Positions 1-13,719 of a stretch of 64,000 bases of DNA are shown here, in pieces (within the stretch, counting starts at the first letter, position 1; each line of letters starts with the position of its first letter). The position numbers were made by a program, and so were the translations under genes. A model generated the notes under the pieces. That model did no database searches, had not been told where the DNA came from, and saw nothing but the letters and a program-made list of their open reading frames with translations. Source of the DNA: Heterodontus francisci (taxonomy: Eukaryota); NCBI RefSeq assembly GCF_036365525.1, contig NC_090383.1, positions 6,084,453 to 6,148,452 on the forward strand. Direction: 5' to 3'.

Positions 1-766
1 AAATTTGCAGGGCTATGGGGAACGAACAAGGGAATGGGACAAACAGGATGGCTCTTTCAAAGAGCCAGCACAGGCATGATGCGCTGAAGGGTCTCCTTCT
101 GTGCTAAATCATTCTGCTGATATATTCAGGACCACATTTGTTATTCTAGTGCATGACTCGAATAAAGCTTCAGTGTGCGAGCTCTTGAAAAGAACAGGAA
201 GAGGATCTAACTATCTCAATATCACTGACAGTAATCAGATTGCAGTTAGATGAATGATTATTATGCATCCAGAGCAGAGGGATTTTTCCAAAGTTCGATA
301 CTGCAGTGTGTGCCAATAAAGTGACTAGCAAAAGGTGAACCACTTTCCAAGAGATATACAAATGATTCATGTATGGCAAAATCTGACATATAACTCTGAC
401 CCCCACTCCGGTGATAATGACTTATTAATTTAGATGTGCAACTCATAATTCTTTACTTAGAGTACATGACAGCTTTTTATGATTAACAAAACATTGATTT
501 TTCTTCCAGTAAGTCCATAAATTATATATAACAAGTCCATTGCAGTGAGGAACCTGGGCTTACTGCCAGAATTCCCCTTGTGCAAAGTCTCGAATCCGGC
601 CCAGTTTTTAAGGTCAAGGAAGTGGGATCTAGGCTACACCCTTTCACACACGGAGGGCAATTACACACAATTATCCTGAACAACACTCATACACCTCCTA
701 GCAAGAGCTAGGCCCTACATGGCCCTATTTCCCTGCCGTTTCCTTGTATCCTTTTTAAACATTTCA

Positions 767-3700
767 GGCTGGATTTTACAGGCCCTCTTGAGGCGGGTTT
801 GGAGGCAGGGAGGGCATGGAGTGTCACGATGGGTGGGGTGGGGGGGAGGGGTGGGGGAGTGACTGGGGGGGATGGTGGTGACAGGACGGAGGGCCTATCA
901 CCTCCTCGTCACTTCCCCATCACCAAACGATCTTCCCGGGGGGTGGGATTGGCCGATGACGGCCTTCCTACCCTGAGGTCAATTGAGGCCCTTACGTGGC
1001 CTATTAATGACCAATTAAGGGCCTCTTCCCACGCCACTGGGATCTTACCAGCAACAGGGGGTGGGGGGAGGGGGAGGTGGGGAGGCCTTGTAACATGAGG
1101 TGGACTCCCTGCGGGCTTGGGGGGAGGCTCCCTCCTCTGTGGCCCACAGAGGACCCCCACCAGGAAGCGGTTTACCGCCCAGGATCCCTCTCCCCCTGCC
1201 CTGCAAGACGACCCCCAAGCCCCACCTTGCTGAGGCCTTCCAGACTGGCCCCGGCGACCTCACCTCATCTACCTCTGGTTCGGGGTTCCAGTGCTGGGAC
1301 TGGGTCCCAGGCCTCTGCAGTACCAGCTCCCGGTGGCGCTGACGATACTGTTGAGCTGCCAGCCCTGTGATTGACCGGCAGCTCTTGAAGGCAGGATCCC
1401 CGTCTTTAAAGGGACGGAGATCCTGGCTCGTGAAACTTAGAGGCTAAAAAACAGGAGGATCACTTCGGGGGGTGGGGTGGGGGAGAGATGATAAAGTGCT
1501 TTTTGGCCAGCCACAGGGTACCAAGGTTAGCAGCCAGCCTTCACCTCAGCTGAGGAGCAGCTCAAAGTAGAAGAGATTTAAGAAGAGCACCAAGCTGCAC
1601 TCAGGGGTCATGGGTTAATATTTTGTTAAAGCATGCTGCCTTGCAATTTTTTTGTTCCCCAATAGATATGGAATGTGGCAAGGCAAGAGGAATCCTTAGA
1701 TTCCTTGTGGGCCACTGGTCCCTCAGGAGATCCCTGACTCCCTAAAAGGCTGTGACGGGAGGGACCACAGCACGTGAGGTCGATGCATTCCCCATGCCGC
1801 AGTGCGATGTCTCACTGAATGCTGGGACGTGTTTAGAACAATGAAGGAAACAGCAACAGAGCTGCAGAAAGCTGTACCTTTATTGGATTGCATGGATCTG
1901 TTAGTAAGGATCATCTGAAAAGTGCGTGTATTAGAGTATCCCGTGATTCCCTTATGCATATCTCATTGCACCTTGCCTGTGGTTCCTGGTGTTCTTCACA
2001 ATGCTGCACCTGGCCAGCATCTTCCTTCATATTCTCATCGTTGGTTAAAGCCTCTACCCTCTCTAGACGCTGGTTGTGCAGAGCACAGCACACCACCACA
2101 ATACACGAGACTCTTGCTGGAGCATACTGAAGGGCACCTCCAGATCAATCTTGGCACCTGAACCACATCTTCAGAACCCTATGACCTGCTCGATGCTTGC
2201 TCAGGTTGTCCCAGGCAGGTGTGGTACCACTCCTCTGCATCAGTGCTTGGGTTCCTCACAGGCGACAGTAGCCACATCTTCAGTGGGTAGCCCTCATCGC
2301 CCAGTATCCATCCTTGAAGGCACGCGGGGAGCCTGAAAATGTCTGGCACCTGGGACTGCCTTAGTATGTAGGCGTCATGGCTGCTTCCCAGGAACCGTGC
2401 ACACACCTGCAGGAACTGTTTGCGGTGGTCACAAACCAAGTGTACATTGAGCAAGTGGAAGCCCTTCCTTTTGATGAAGGTGTCTGGCTGGTCTGTAGGA
2501 GCCTTTTTGGCCACATGAGTGCAGTCAATGACACCCTGTACCCGGGGGCATCCAGCGATGGCCCCAAATCCAATGGCTTTCTTAGCCTGACTGCCCGGAT
2601 CGGTACGAAACCACACGTATTGGCTGGCCCTCTTCAAGATGGCATTGGTGGCCATTTTGATGCATTGGTGAACTACAAACTGGGAGATCCCACACACATC
2701 TCCAGTGGATCCTTGGATTGATCCTGAGGCATAGAAATTCAACGCCACAGTGACCTTCAGTGCCACTGGCACAGGATAGCCACCACTTCCCATCGGGCTC
2801 AGCTCGTCCTCCATCAAGGCACACAGCTCTGGAGAGGCAACGTCTTTAGCAACACTGCTGCTCCGACATTTGTAGGTACCTGATCCTTAGATGGTAGATC
2901 CTCCATGGTGGGTATCCTCTTCTGCGCACATGAGGCTAGTTACGTGCCCCTCTGCTTCCTCCTCATGCTTCCCCACCCCCTCTGAGGCTGAAGCTCCTGT
3001 TGGCCGTCAGGTTGCTGCTGCCTCGCCCCCTGTAGTGGCTGCTCTCTCCCTCTCTGATGCTCCTCATCACTGGAGGTCCCGAAGCCAGAGTGAATGAGGC
3101 CCAAGGCCGATAGCTGAACTTAGACTCCAGGGCCTCTCACCTCCCCCCACCGCTTTATTCACACAAGTGCCACTTCCAAGATGGCACTGTAGCAAATTTC
3201 CCCTGATGTGCTGGCAAGCTTGCCCCTGCCCCCAACAGCCACTGCCAATGCCCACACTGTTCCACCCTCCTTTCCAAGCTATGCTAGCGTTCATGGTGGC
3301 TGCTGTCTGGAGCAAGCACTGACCTGCTAACTCACCGCCTTCTTATACCTGCTGCATTTCCTCTTTCTTGACACAAGCACGGCAATCATACAGACAAGAT
3401 CGGAGAATCTAAAACATGGGTTCTTTTATTGAAGATTCGTAACTTATATACAGCAATACTGGGAAGGTAGGGTAGCTCCTCTTGTCTCTGTGGCTGCTTT
3501 CAATAACTGTCTAGAGATCTGTACATCACATCCTGTCTGGTGATGGACACCTGTTTTAGATAGGCCCCTTAAAGCAATACCACAACAATACCTGGCAAGG
3601 CCCTGAAGCCCCGTGGTTCCTGTGCATGCTTTGTAAAATTTGAAAACCTCGGTAAAAGATTGCAGTCAATTTAGTTAACAGGGTTAATTACCTTCCCGCT

Positions 3701-3856
3701 GCATCTGAGCACAAGGTTTTCCCACCATGCTGGCCGCGCTTCAGAATTCCGGTTGTGATGTAAAGACATCGGGTTCTGTCCCATCGCCTGTTATCGTGAT
3801 GTTCCAACACCTACTGCTTCCCAGCCCGTCGCTGAAGGCTCGGGAATATTCAGCCC
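767..3856 (-). mobile_element. Decayed PIF/Harbinger DNA transposon region
   Basis: Harbinger-type ends GGCTGGATTTT (767) and AATATTCAGCCC (3845-3856) bracket a HARBI1-like transposase. No matching 3-bp TSD, so the two ends may belong to different copies. Confidence 0.6.
1911..2830 (-). pseudogene. Harbinger (HARBI1-like DDE) transposase, frameshifted
   Basis: ORF 2179-2817 carries ALNFYASGS, GVIDCTHV, RKGFH.LNV.LVCD, GSSHDAYIL and GWILGDEGYPL. The C-terminal VVCCALHN motif is in another frame (1911-2099). Confidence 0.92.
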
Positions 3857-4476
3857 AGTTTCTCTCTAACTACCCCATTAACTCCTTTAATCATCTTAAA
3901 CACCTCAATTAGATCACCCCTTAAACTTGAGGGAATACAAACCTAGTCTATGCAACCTGTCCTCCTAACTTAACCATTGGAACCCCGGTATCATGCTGCT
4001 GAATCTGTGTTGCACCTCCTCCAAGGGCAATATGTCCCTCCCGAGGTGCAACTTCTCAACCGTCACCTTATTCACATAGAAAGCACAGAGATCCACAGAG
4101 ATCAAGAGCTTTTTATTAAAAGCCAGATGAGGTCCCTTATGTGAATCATAAGAGAAACATTTTAACGCTGCTTTAGATTTAACCAGTTGCATAAATTGTT
4201 TAGCTGGACAAAGCGATATTCTTTTCTACCATGTTGTTGAGTTCTATCAGTCAGCCCATGAATCAATGTGAAGATGTTGATATTGATTAGGAAAGTACTA
4301 CTTTATTGGATTTTTGCGCTTACAAAAAAAAAATCAATGCCTGTATCGTTCCTTTCAGCTGGTTTCCTGTGAATAATTTTGAAAGGATCTCAATTCAAGC
4401 TGTTTCTAACTGACCATTAGAAAATGGTTTTGAGTCAAAATACTAAGCACAACCAATTGGGGTAGATTTTTGTATC

Positions 4477-4870
4477 ATAGAATGATTTCAGCACAAAAGG
4501 AGGCCATTTGACCTGTTGAGCCCATACCAGCTCCCTGCAAGATCAATTTAGCTAGTTCCACTCCCCCGCCCTATCCCCGTCACCCTGCAAATTTATACCC
4601 TTCATGTACTTATCTACTTTCCTTTTGAAATCCTCAACTGCAACCTGCCTCTGGCTCTCGACTCTTCCGCCAATGGGAACAGTTTCTCCCTGTTTGTCCA
4701 GACACCCTCATGATTTTGAACACTTCTATTAAATCTCCTCACAACCTTCTCTTCTCTAAGGAGAACAACCCCAGCTTCTCCAATCCATCCACATAACTGA
4801 AGTTCCTCATCTCTGGAACCATTCTAGTAAATCTCTTCTGCACCCTCTCTAAGGCCTTCACATCCTTCAT
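4477..4870 (-). mobile_element. CR1-clade LINE 3' fragment
   Basis: Reverse complement of the CR1 RT C-terminus/3'UTR with a CATAGAAT-type tail; same family as 13720-14515. Confidence 0.8.
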
Positions 4871-6043
4871 GGTGGAATTTAAGCTTTAGATTTAAAGTGG
4901 AAGTCGGGCAGAGGGCAAATCATACCAGCCTGGTGTCAGATTGGCTGACCCTGCCCCAGTTTCTGGGAAAGCCTCAATTTAATGCTTTGGCTGTGCTCTG
5001 AGCATCAGGAACAATACACATTGAGAACTCACCCATTAGGGTTGGAAACGAGTGTGTTATTGGAGGCTGAAGACAGCTGAAAGGAGAAGCAGACAATCAT
5101 TTTTCAGCAGGCCTCAATATTTTCTTTTGAGAGAATGTATATGAGGTCTGCAGGAACTCAGGCAGCGCCTAAAGTCCTCAAAGACAGCAGCTGAAGTGCT
5201 GTCAGATGAAGTCAGACCGAGAATGATAAGCTGTATATTACCATAAACAGCGACTCAGAAATAGTGGAAGAAGGCAACCAAGGCAGACAATGTTGATGAG
5301 AAAATCCCATTCAGAGCAATTCGATGCAGGAGAAAGTTAATAACTGTCCTAAGTTAGGCGAGGTAATAAGAGAGAACAACACCATCCAAGACCACACTGC
5401 ATTAAGTACTGGAATCTGTTTTCAGTGACCTCCCCTGACACTACTTGAAAGTTGAATTAGTTGCCAATTACTGCCCAGGAGGTAGTACAGCACAGTGTCC
5501 CTTTCATCCCCTAGTCCCCATCTGGGAGCACACTTTCACTCACAGCAATCAGCTGGAAAAATCCTCACATGGAAGCCAATAATTGGGACATTCAATTGGC
5601 ATCACAGGCTTCACACGGACACCTGAGCTTTACTTCAACTCTTGGTATGTCTTGTCTTTTGCATTTATTTTGAAGACTGAAGAAGACTCCTAACTGTCTA
5701 CCCTCTCACCCACATCTGAGGAAGAAAAGCTGCAAATCCTGGAGAGGGTTTGGAGGGATGGGAAGTTAGGAAGGCAGGTGACAGCTTCAGGTTGGCAATG
5801 ACGTTCTGCTTTGCATCCTGCTGTAGATCATGTGACACTCCTTTTACTCAAACTGACATGAATTCTGCTTCTCAGAACCTAACCTTTTTTTTTTCCTTTT
5901 TCCACCACTGGCTGTGCAAGAGGAACCAACTGGAACTGGAGCTGGAGCTCTTCCTGTCCCCTCACAAACCCGGGCCAGAGACAGTCAACCAAGAGTAAGG
6001 CAAAGGGCTGTGAACTGGGCAATATACAGATCAAACACCCTTA

Positions 6044-6455
6044 CATAGGAACATGCAAACAGGAGGAATCATCTCAAGCCTGATCTGTCATTCAGTTAGA
6101 TCATGGCTGCTCTGTATCTCAACTCCATCCACCCATCTTGGCTCCATAACTCTTAATACCCTTGTTTAGCAAAAACATATCAATCCCAGTTTCAACATTT
6201 TCAACTGACCCCCAACCTCAACAGCTTGTTAGGAGAAAGTGTTCCAGATTTCCACTCCCCTTTGTGTGAAAAAATGCTTCCTGACATCACCCCTAAATAG
6301 CCTGGCTCTAAATGTAAGGTTATACCCCTTTGTTCTGGACACCTCCCCCCCACCCCCACCACCAGAGGAAATAATTCTCTCTATCTACCCTATCAATTTT
6401 AATCATCTGAAACACCTCAATTAGATCACCCTTTAATCTTTTATATTTGAGGGAA
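6044..6455 (-). mobile_element. CR1-clade LINE 3' fragment
   Basis: CATAGGAAC tail and CR1 3' sequence; related to the fragment at 3857-4050. Confidence 0.75.
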
Positions 6456-6604
6456 TTCTTAACTAAGCAGTAATGTCTCCTGACCCTCTGTTCAGCAGGG
6501 ACTTCCCTTATCTTCCGTCCACAATGTTTCTTGGCCTTTTAGTACTTTGCATGTGGCCCTGTGCACTTCCCTCTGCCCGAATTGTCAAATTACTTGCAGG
6601 AGAT

Positions 6605-6916
6605 ATTTATTTATTTAGAGATACAGCACTGAAACAGGCCCTTCAGCCTACCGAGTCTGTGCCGACCAAGAACCACCCATTTATACTAACCCTACAGTAA
6701 TCCCATATTCCCTACCACATACCTACACTAGGGGCAATTTATAATGGCCAATTTACCTATCACCTGCAAGTCTTTGGCATGTGGGAGGAAACCGGAGCAC
6801 CTGGCGAAAACCCACACAGTCACAGGGAGAACTTGCAAACTCCACACAGGCAGTACCCAGAAGCGAACCCGGGTCCCTGGAGCTGTGAGGCTGCGGTGCT
6901 AACCACTGCGCCACTA
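6605..6916 (-). mobile_element. HE1/V-SINE-like tRNA-derived SINE
   Basis: Reverse complement of GTGGCGCAGTGGTTAGCACCGCAGCCTCACAGCTCC, a central GGTGCTCCGGTTTCCTCCCAC core and a GCTGTATCTCTAAATAAA tail. Confidence 0.9.
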
Positions 6917-8736
6917 TTCTTCTGGGTGCTTGAGAAGGGGGGATCGAGTTGTGGCACGTGCTCTGATATTTCTAGAACATCACAGGAGAAAAGAGGAAGA
7001 GTAGTTCGAATGGGTTCTCAAGGGGCTGAGTTCAAAGTTGCTTTCAGTACAAGTGAAATTGAAGGCATCATGATCCAGTTTGCTTCCAGTCGCACGGGGA
7101 ACAGTTGCATGGGATGGAAGAGCAGCGGAATGGCCCAGCAATCCTGCCATTGTGTCTGCTCTCCTCCCACCAACTCTCACTAATACCTCTCCTCCCAGCA
7201 TCTACAGGGCTTCACCCCTGTTGGAGGTGAGAAAGGGTGAACTGACCCCCGCCCCTCCCACCCATTGCTTGCACTATGGACTGTCTTCTCTTGCGAACAG
7301 AAAGTTAGAATCACCTTCGGACAGCAAGGGTCTGTACAGTCAAGATAGAAGCAAGCAACCCATTTTAGATGTGATGATGATTATACTTACTGTGCCAATA
7401 GAGCTATATAAGCCTTTTAGTGGGGCAACTAAAGAGTGAGGGAGAAAACAAATAGGGGACAGAAAAATAGCTATAAACCCAGGCTAAATTTCTAATAATC
7501 GTACTTTAGCTGGGTCTTCTGCTTTATTACCTGCATCAGTCATGGCTCAGCAGGTAGCACTCTGATCAGAAAGTCATGGGTTCAAGCCTCGCTCTCCCCC
7601 ACAAAAAGCTGTTGAGGCAAGGTCAGGTGGAAATTTCCGGATTAATATTGATTGATTTTTTTATTGGGTGAGGGTATTAAGGGAAATGGGACCAAGATGG
7701 GTAAACAGTATCGAGGGGCAGAGCTGCCATGATCGGATTGAATGGTTTAAGGTCATTGGCAAAAGAACCAGATGCAAGATGAGGAGAATTTTTTTTAATG
7801 CGGTGAGTTATTGGGATCTGAAACACTCTCCCTGAAAGGGCGGTGGAAGCACAGATACAGTGACCACTCAATCTTTAATGCTGGATAAAGGCGTGACCTT
7901 TCCACCAGAGAGCAGGCTAAAGGCGAAGGTTCTGGGAAAAATTTGTAGGGCTATGGCGAAAGAGCGGGGGAGTGGGACTAATTAGATAGCTCTTTCAAAG
8001 AGCCAGCACAGGCACGATGGGCTGAATGGCCACCTTCTGTGCTGTATCAGTCTCTGATTGCTCCTGTACATTTTGTTATTTTGTCCTACTTCTGCCACAG
8101 ATGTCTCTATTTTTTTCCACCTTTCTGCATATATGCAGTCCATACGGTAACTGAAAATCACCCACATCCTGCAAAATAAAGGAAAACATATAAAGCTGGC
8201 TTTAAGATGGTTAACTGCAGCTAGAAAGTGCAAACAGAGAGAGCAAACATTTGGCTCTTTCAACGTGTTTGAGCATGTTTAAACACTTCAGGTCACATTG
8301 ATAGCGTTCAACAGATGAGGTGTACCCAAACCAAAGCACAGAAGTGGGCTAATTAGAGAGATGGCCTGACAAGACCAGCTAATGTGACCTATTCGGTTGG
8401 ATGTATTTTCTGGGAACCAGCCTTTGTTTATTTTACAAATATCAGTCACTTTGTTAATGCAGTGAAATGGAATGTTTGCTGAGCACAGAAAAAAATCAGT
8501 ACGTCAGCAGGGCAAACACTTGAAAGACAATTTGCTGACAACTTTGCTATTTTTTAGCGACAGCTTTCAAATGGTCAGTGATACTTCATGCTTAGATATA
8601 TATATATATATATATGCATAAATATGCTTCCTCTGGTCAGATCATGCTGTTGTTTCAAGAATCACGAGGTGACAATAGTCACTTATTTGCTCATAATTAA
8701 GTTGTACAGATGCTTCACTGACTATGGTCACTCACG

Positions 8737-9557
8737 GGGCTGAATTTTAAAGGCTCAGCTTGAAAAAGCGCAGGGCGCATGCAAGACACAAGCCCCGCGG
8801 AAATGCTGCGATATTACGTGCGGTGGCACATTAGCATGGAGGGGGTGGAGCGCTCAGCCCCGATGACATAGAGGGGGAGGGCACTCCGTCACCAGCAACA
8901 GTGGCTGGTGCCACCACGCAGGTGCTGGCGCCATTTTTAAAGGGCTTCAGGCCCTTCAGTTTCATTTACATTTTTAAAGGTCCCGTTTTAATAAAAAGTG
9001 CAGAAATGTTTTTAATTTATCTTTGAATCCCCTCTCCCATCACCCACTGAGTCCTCATTTAATAAGTTGACATATCCCCCCAAAAAAGCACCTTTTGATA
9101 TTCTGAGCTCCCCCCTCCCGCTATCTTCAGCACCTTTGACCCTCAACCCCTTCCCCCATCATCCCCACAACCAATAAGAGTAGTTCTCCCTGCTCCCCAC
9201 CCCCACCCTGAGAATTTCACTCCTCCCCCCTCCCCACCAGTGTCACGCCTCAGACATCCGAATGACGATCCGAAGGCACGGGAGTTCTGTCCACCAGCCA
9301 GAATATCGGCGTGGGACAGCTGTCTCTACCAAGTAAGTGTTTATTCATTCATTTTAATTTCATTAGCATATGTAGATTAAGGCTCCGCCGCCAAGCAGCG
9401 TTTGGGGAGGGGTTGCCGCCCCGTGGCCTCACCACCGGCAATAAAATGTGGCGGAGCCTTCCGGGCATCAAGGCCCAAGGTGGGCCTCTCCCAGAAGGAT
9501 TTTCCAGGGCCCTCCCACCAGGACCCCCAACGTCAGAGGACTGATAAAATTCAGCCC
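8737..9557 (+). mobile_element. Non-autonomous Harbinger-type MITE
   Basis: Perfect 12-bp TIR GGGCTGAATTTT...AAAATTCAGCCC; flanks ACG/ATG (3-bp TSD with CpG decay); internal GGCGCCATTTTTAAAGGGC motif shared with the other copies. Confidence 0.85.
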
Positions 9558-9659
9558 ATGGTGTTGCTCATGGGGAGTTGAGACCAGGACCAGTCTTTAG
9601 GCTCAGAAGGGCTAGAGAGGTTGTGAGAATAATTCGATCAAGGCAGGTGATAGAGAAAG

Positions 9660-9902
9660 GATCTAGGTTGGAGGATGCAGGTGAGGGGAGGAGGGGGAAG
9701 GGAGAGGTAAAAAAGGAGCAAAGCGGACAGGGAGAAGGGGACGGAGGGGAGGAGGAGAGGGAGAGAAGGGAGGATGGAGGCAGTAGAGGAGAGGATGAGA
9801 AGGAGGAGAAGCAAGAGTGAGAGGGTATGTGGGGAATGAGGAAGGGAGATGGTGAGGGAAGAGTGGGAGGATGGGGAGAAGAATGAGACAGGGTGGGAGG
9901 GA
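9660..9902 (+). repeat. Purine-rich (GA) low-complexity tract
   Basis: About 240 bp consisting mostly of G and A. Confidence 0.85.
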
Positions 9903-12105
9903 CAGCTCAAGTGCCTAGCAAGACCATTCAAGTTTGATTGCCTCAGAAGTTTATGGCATTAGTCTGTTGGTATAATCAATGGCTCATTCACTGTTTAACC
10001 TTTGTATTTTAAACTTGTTTATGCTGTGCTGAAGTTCCTTTAATAACTACAGTCTGCTTCGGGACAAGGATCTCTCTAGTCTCTGAGTATCAGAAACCAA
10101 ACCCAATACACATCACTTACACCCCCCTCAACAAATCTACCTTTTCCCGAGTGCGGAGGGCGGGTGAGCTGCCCAATATTTCAGCAGCCCAAAGCCAGCG
10201 AGCTGTGACCTAAGGCCTTTGTTTACTGTCCACAGCCCGCACCCCGACATTAATGAGGCCTGGCCCCTCAAAGCAGGACCTGGCCTCCCGTTTGACACAA
10301 TCAACCCACGGTCAGTGCTCTCCGCCAACCCAAAAAAAACACACGGAGAGCAAAGTCTGCCCTGGGATGCATGGGCCCATGAACATGCAAAAATAGTATG
10401 TGGCACAAAGTGCTCAGTGGTGCTTGGTAAACCCGCAAGGGGAATTGTAAGAGTCCTGTACAATCAGTCTCCCCTGACACATGATTTGCTGTCAGGGCCT
10501 GCACCATGACTTCAATGTCAGTCGTGTGGGAAGCTGAGTAGCAATGACTCATGTAAGGAATTATTTCTGGATAGCCCTGAGATTGCACCTGGTCTGTAGG
10601 GAGTTGTGGCAGGCTTTTGGTAGATTTTGGAATGCCATTGTGATGGATGAAAATTTCCGTGACAACTAGAATCGCAGATAAATAGCTGAATCTAACAAGG
10701 AAATTGTGCTGGTGGGTTGAGCACAACACAGCAATGAAAATATATTTTTTGTTTCCACAGTTCCAACTCCACAGGAGTGTGTTCATTTTGCTAATGAGTT
10801 CCCTGTATTAAATACAGCTTGTTATAATCAAGCATCAAATGTTATTAACCATTAAAGCCTGAACTAGAAATCAAAGCGATTACACCACGGTTCAAATTTT
10901 GTGGAATGTTGCTTATTAGATTTTTACATTATCACACTGTGAGATGTTAACACTGACCCCAATGTTACTCCGTATTTACAGCTCAGAAACAGGCCATTCA
11001 GCCCAACTGGTCTGTTCTGGTGTTTATGTTCCACGCGAGCCTCCTCCCACCCCTACTTCATCTAACCTTATCAAAATATCCTTCTATTACTTGCTCCTTC
11101 ATGTGTTTATCCAGCTTCCCCTTAAATGCATTTATACTATTCACTTCAACCACTCCCTGTGGTAGTGAGTTCCACATTCTCACCACTCATTGGGGAAAGT
11201 AGCTTCTCCTGAATTCCCCATTGGATTTATTCGTGGCTATCTTATATTTATGGCCTCTAGTTCTGGTCTCCCTCACGAGTGGAAACCTCTTCTCTAAATC
11301 TTCCCTATCAAAACTTTTCATAATGTTAAAGACCTCGATCTCTATCAGGTAAAACATCCCAAGACATTTTTATCGGAGTGATTATCGAACAACATTTGAC
11401 ACCGAACTACATAAGGAATATTAAAACAGGTAACCAAAGGTTTAAGAAAAGAGGTGGATTTTAAGGAGTGCTTTAAAAGAGAGAGGTGGAGAGGCGAAGA
11501 GGTTTAGGGAGGGAATTCCAGAGCTTAGAGCCTTGTCAGCAATTATGAGAGAGAGCTAGTACTGTGGTGCTCAGTATCATGAAAGAGGTAAGGGTAGAAT
11601 TTCAAAGTGCTGCTTTGCTCAGGCCTGGTTTGAGCCAAAGTGGGAAAGGAGGAACAGAGCAGAAGCAACAACACAGCACAGCACAGGGGTGAGTAAACAG
11701 GAGAGGAACGTCACACCTGGTAGTGTCACATTGCAGACTATAGCAGATATTGGCGTTATGTCGGCTGCAAGCATCAGACTAACCAAGGCTATAAAAATAC
11801 AAAAAAGCGGAGGGAAACATACCCAATTAAAAATAAAATCAAAAGATGTATCCAGTTTCTTTTCAATGAGTGGAATAAATATCACCTTTAAACCTTACCA
11901 AACAGACAGACTGTAACTCTAGCCTTTGAAGGACTATAATAAAATATTATCACACATTTGACAGTGTCCAATAAAACAGCAAATCTGAAAGGTCAAATGT
12001 CTCTGAACTCTAGTCAGTTGGTTATTAATATTTTCTGGTAAGTTCTTTTTTGATGAAAGTCAATTAACAGGTACAGGGAAATGGGAATAAAAAGAGAAGA
12101 CTCAC

Positions 12106-12168
12106 CTTGACAACAGCGCCTTTGAAACCCTGCCTGGGTTCAATCACCCGCAGCATCTCAATTCTTTT
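12106..12168 (-). CDS. Candidate coding exon of an unidentified gene (KRIEMLRVIEPRQGFKGAVVK)
   Basis: Acceptor tttcctcctag and donor AAG|gtgagt; 63 nt; only one of three frames is open; unique sequence. Confidence 0.5.
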
Positions 12169-13259
12169 CTAGGAGGAAATATACATTTTATGACCATGTT
12201 TTGTCTAAGAATGCAGTGATGTAAAGATGAACTTGTTCATGATGCCATTCCATAAAGCACTAAATAATTCTTAACTTCCTTCTTTCACCACTAACACACA
12301 CATACAGGAGAGAGAGGGTAGGCATAAAGGAAAATGTATGTCTGATTGCTAGTGCCCCAGGGATCTGCACCGGTGCCTCAGCATTTCACCATATATGTCA
12401 ATGACTTGGATGAAGAAATAGAGAAGTTGTGGACCCAAGTTTGCAGTTGCTACTCAGCTTGATGGAGCAGTAAGTGTGCAGAAGGAATCAGAGAGTTACA
12501 AAGGGGCATAGACAGATTATGAGAATGGGCAAAATTGTTGTAAAAGGAATCCAGTGTGGGTTAGTGCGAGGTAATCCACTTTGGATTGGAGAAAGAAGAA
12601 TCGGAATATTTTCTTAATGGCGAGAGACTAGAAACTGGAGGAGCAAAGGGTGTTTAGACAACAACATTTATATAATGCCTTTAGCATAATAAAAACCCAA
12701 GGTGTTTCACAGGAGCATTATAAAACAAAATTTGGCACCGAGCCACATAAGGAATTCACTTCCTAATTCGCTCTGCCTCTCCACCTCTCTCTCCTCCTTT
12801 AAGATGCTGCGTAAAACCTACCTCTTTGACCAAGCTTTTGGTCACCTGTCCTAATATCTCCTCATGTTACTCAGTGTCAAATTTTGATAATTGCTCCTGC
12901 GAAGCACCTTGGGACGTTTTACTACATTAAAGTGCTATATAAATGCAAGTAGTTGTTGTTGTTGTTGCTGCTGCTGATTGTTGATAAGAATATCCAGGAC
13001 AGAAAGAGCTAGATCAAGCAGGTAAACATGACCACAGGATGTGACATCCCGGCGCAGAATTTCACTGACGTGAATCTGCAAATCCTCCTCAAGGAAACTG
13101 AGCAAAGGAGAGGCAGACGCTGGGAGCTCGTGGTTCGCCAGCAGCAGCTTGCAAGTTCAAAAGAGGGATCACGAAATGTTCTTCCCAGTCCCTAACTGAA
13201 CCCATATCACATAGAAAGCAACAATGTGGAGCCTGAGGGGGAAACTTGAGGGGGAATAC

Positions 13260-13392
13260 TAGGATGAGGTGGAGAAGGGTGGGGTGAGGAGGTGAGATGA
13301 GGGGGGGGGGGTGAGATGGGAGGTTGTGATGGGGGTGGGGTGATGGGGGTGAGTGGGGGTGAGTGGGGGGGTGGGGTGAGGTGGGATGGGAT
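13260..13392 (+). repeat. G-rich low-complexity tract with G-quadruplex potential
   Basis: Many runs of GGG or longer in GGGGTGA/GGGAT-like units. Confidence 0.8.
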
Positions 13393-13719
13393 GAATTCTA
13401 CTTGGGCAGTTTCTAATGTTATTTTACAAATTGCATTTCCAGCCAGTTGCATCAACAAGTGTGTCTGCAGTCGCCCCATAAATCATCTACACACATAGAG
13501 CCGCACGATTGATCGACAGCTACACAGTCACACAAGGCAGAAAGATGCGTCCAGCGGCAAATAACTGAAGCATGTTTTCCAAAAATAACCAACGAGACAA
13601 ATTGGCCTCAAATGTCAGATGTTTCAAGCTAAATAAATCCCATTGTGATTCCCAATAGTATCCCTTTTTCTTTCATTTGTCAAAGAAAAGTCACAAAGCA
13701 AAGTGAAAAGGATCAGAAC

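Noticed and set aside
9578-9931. Glu/Gly-rich and Leu/Ser/Pro-rich ORFs
   Set aside because: Artefacts of the purine-rich low-complexity tract.
12106-12168. Alternative frame KELRCCG*LNPG, and GCG* at 8168, resembling CxxU/CGU selenoprotein motifs
   Set aside because: A fully open frame exists in the same segment, I could not identify a SECIS element, and the TGA placement is plausibly chance.
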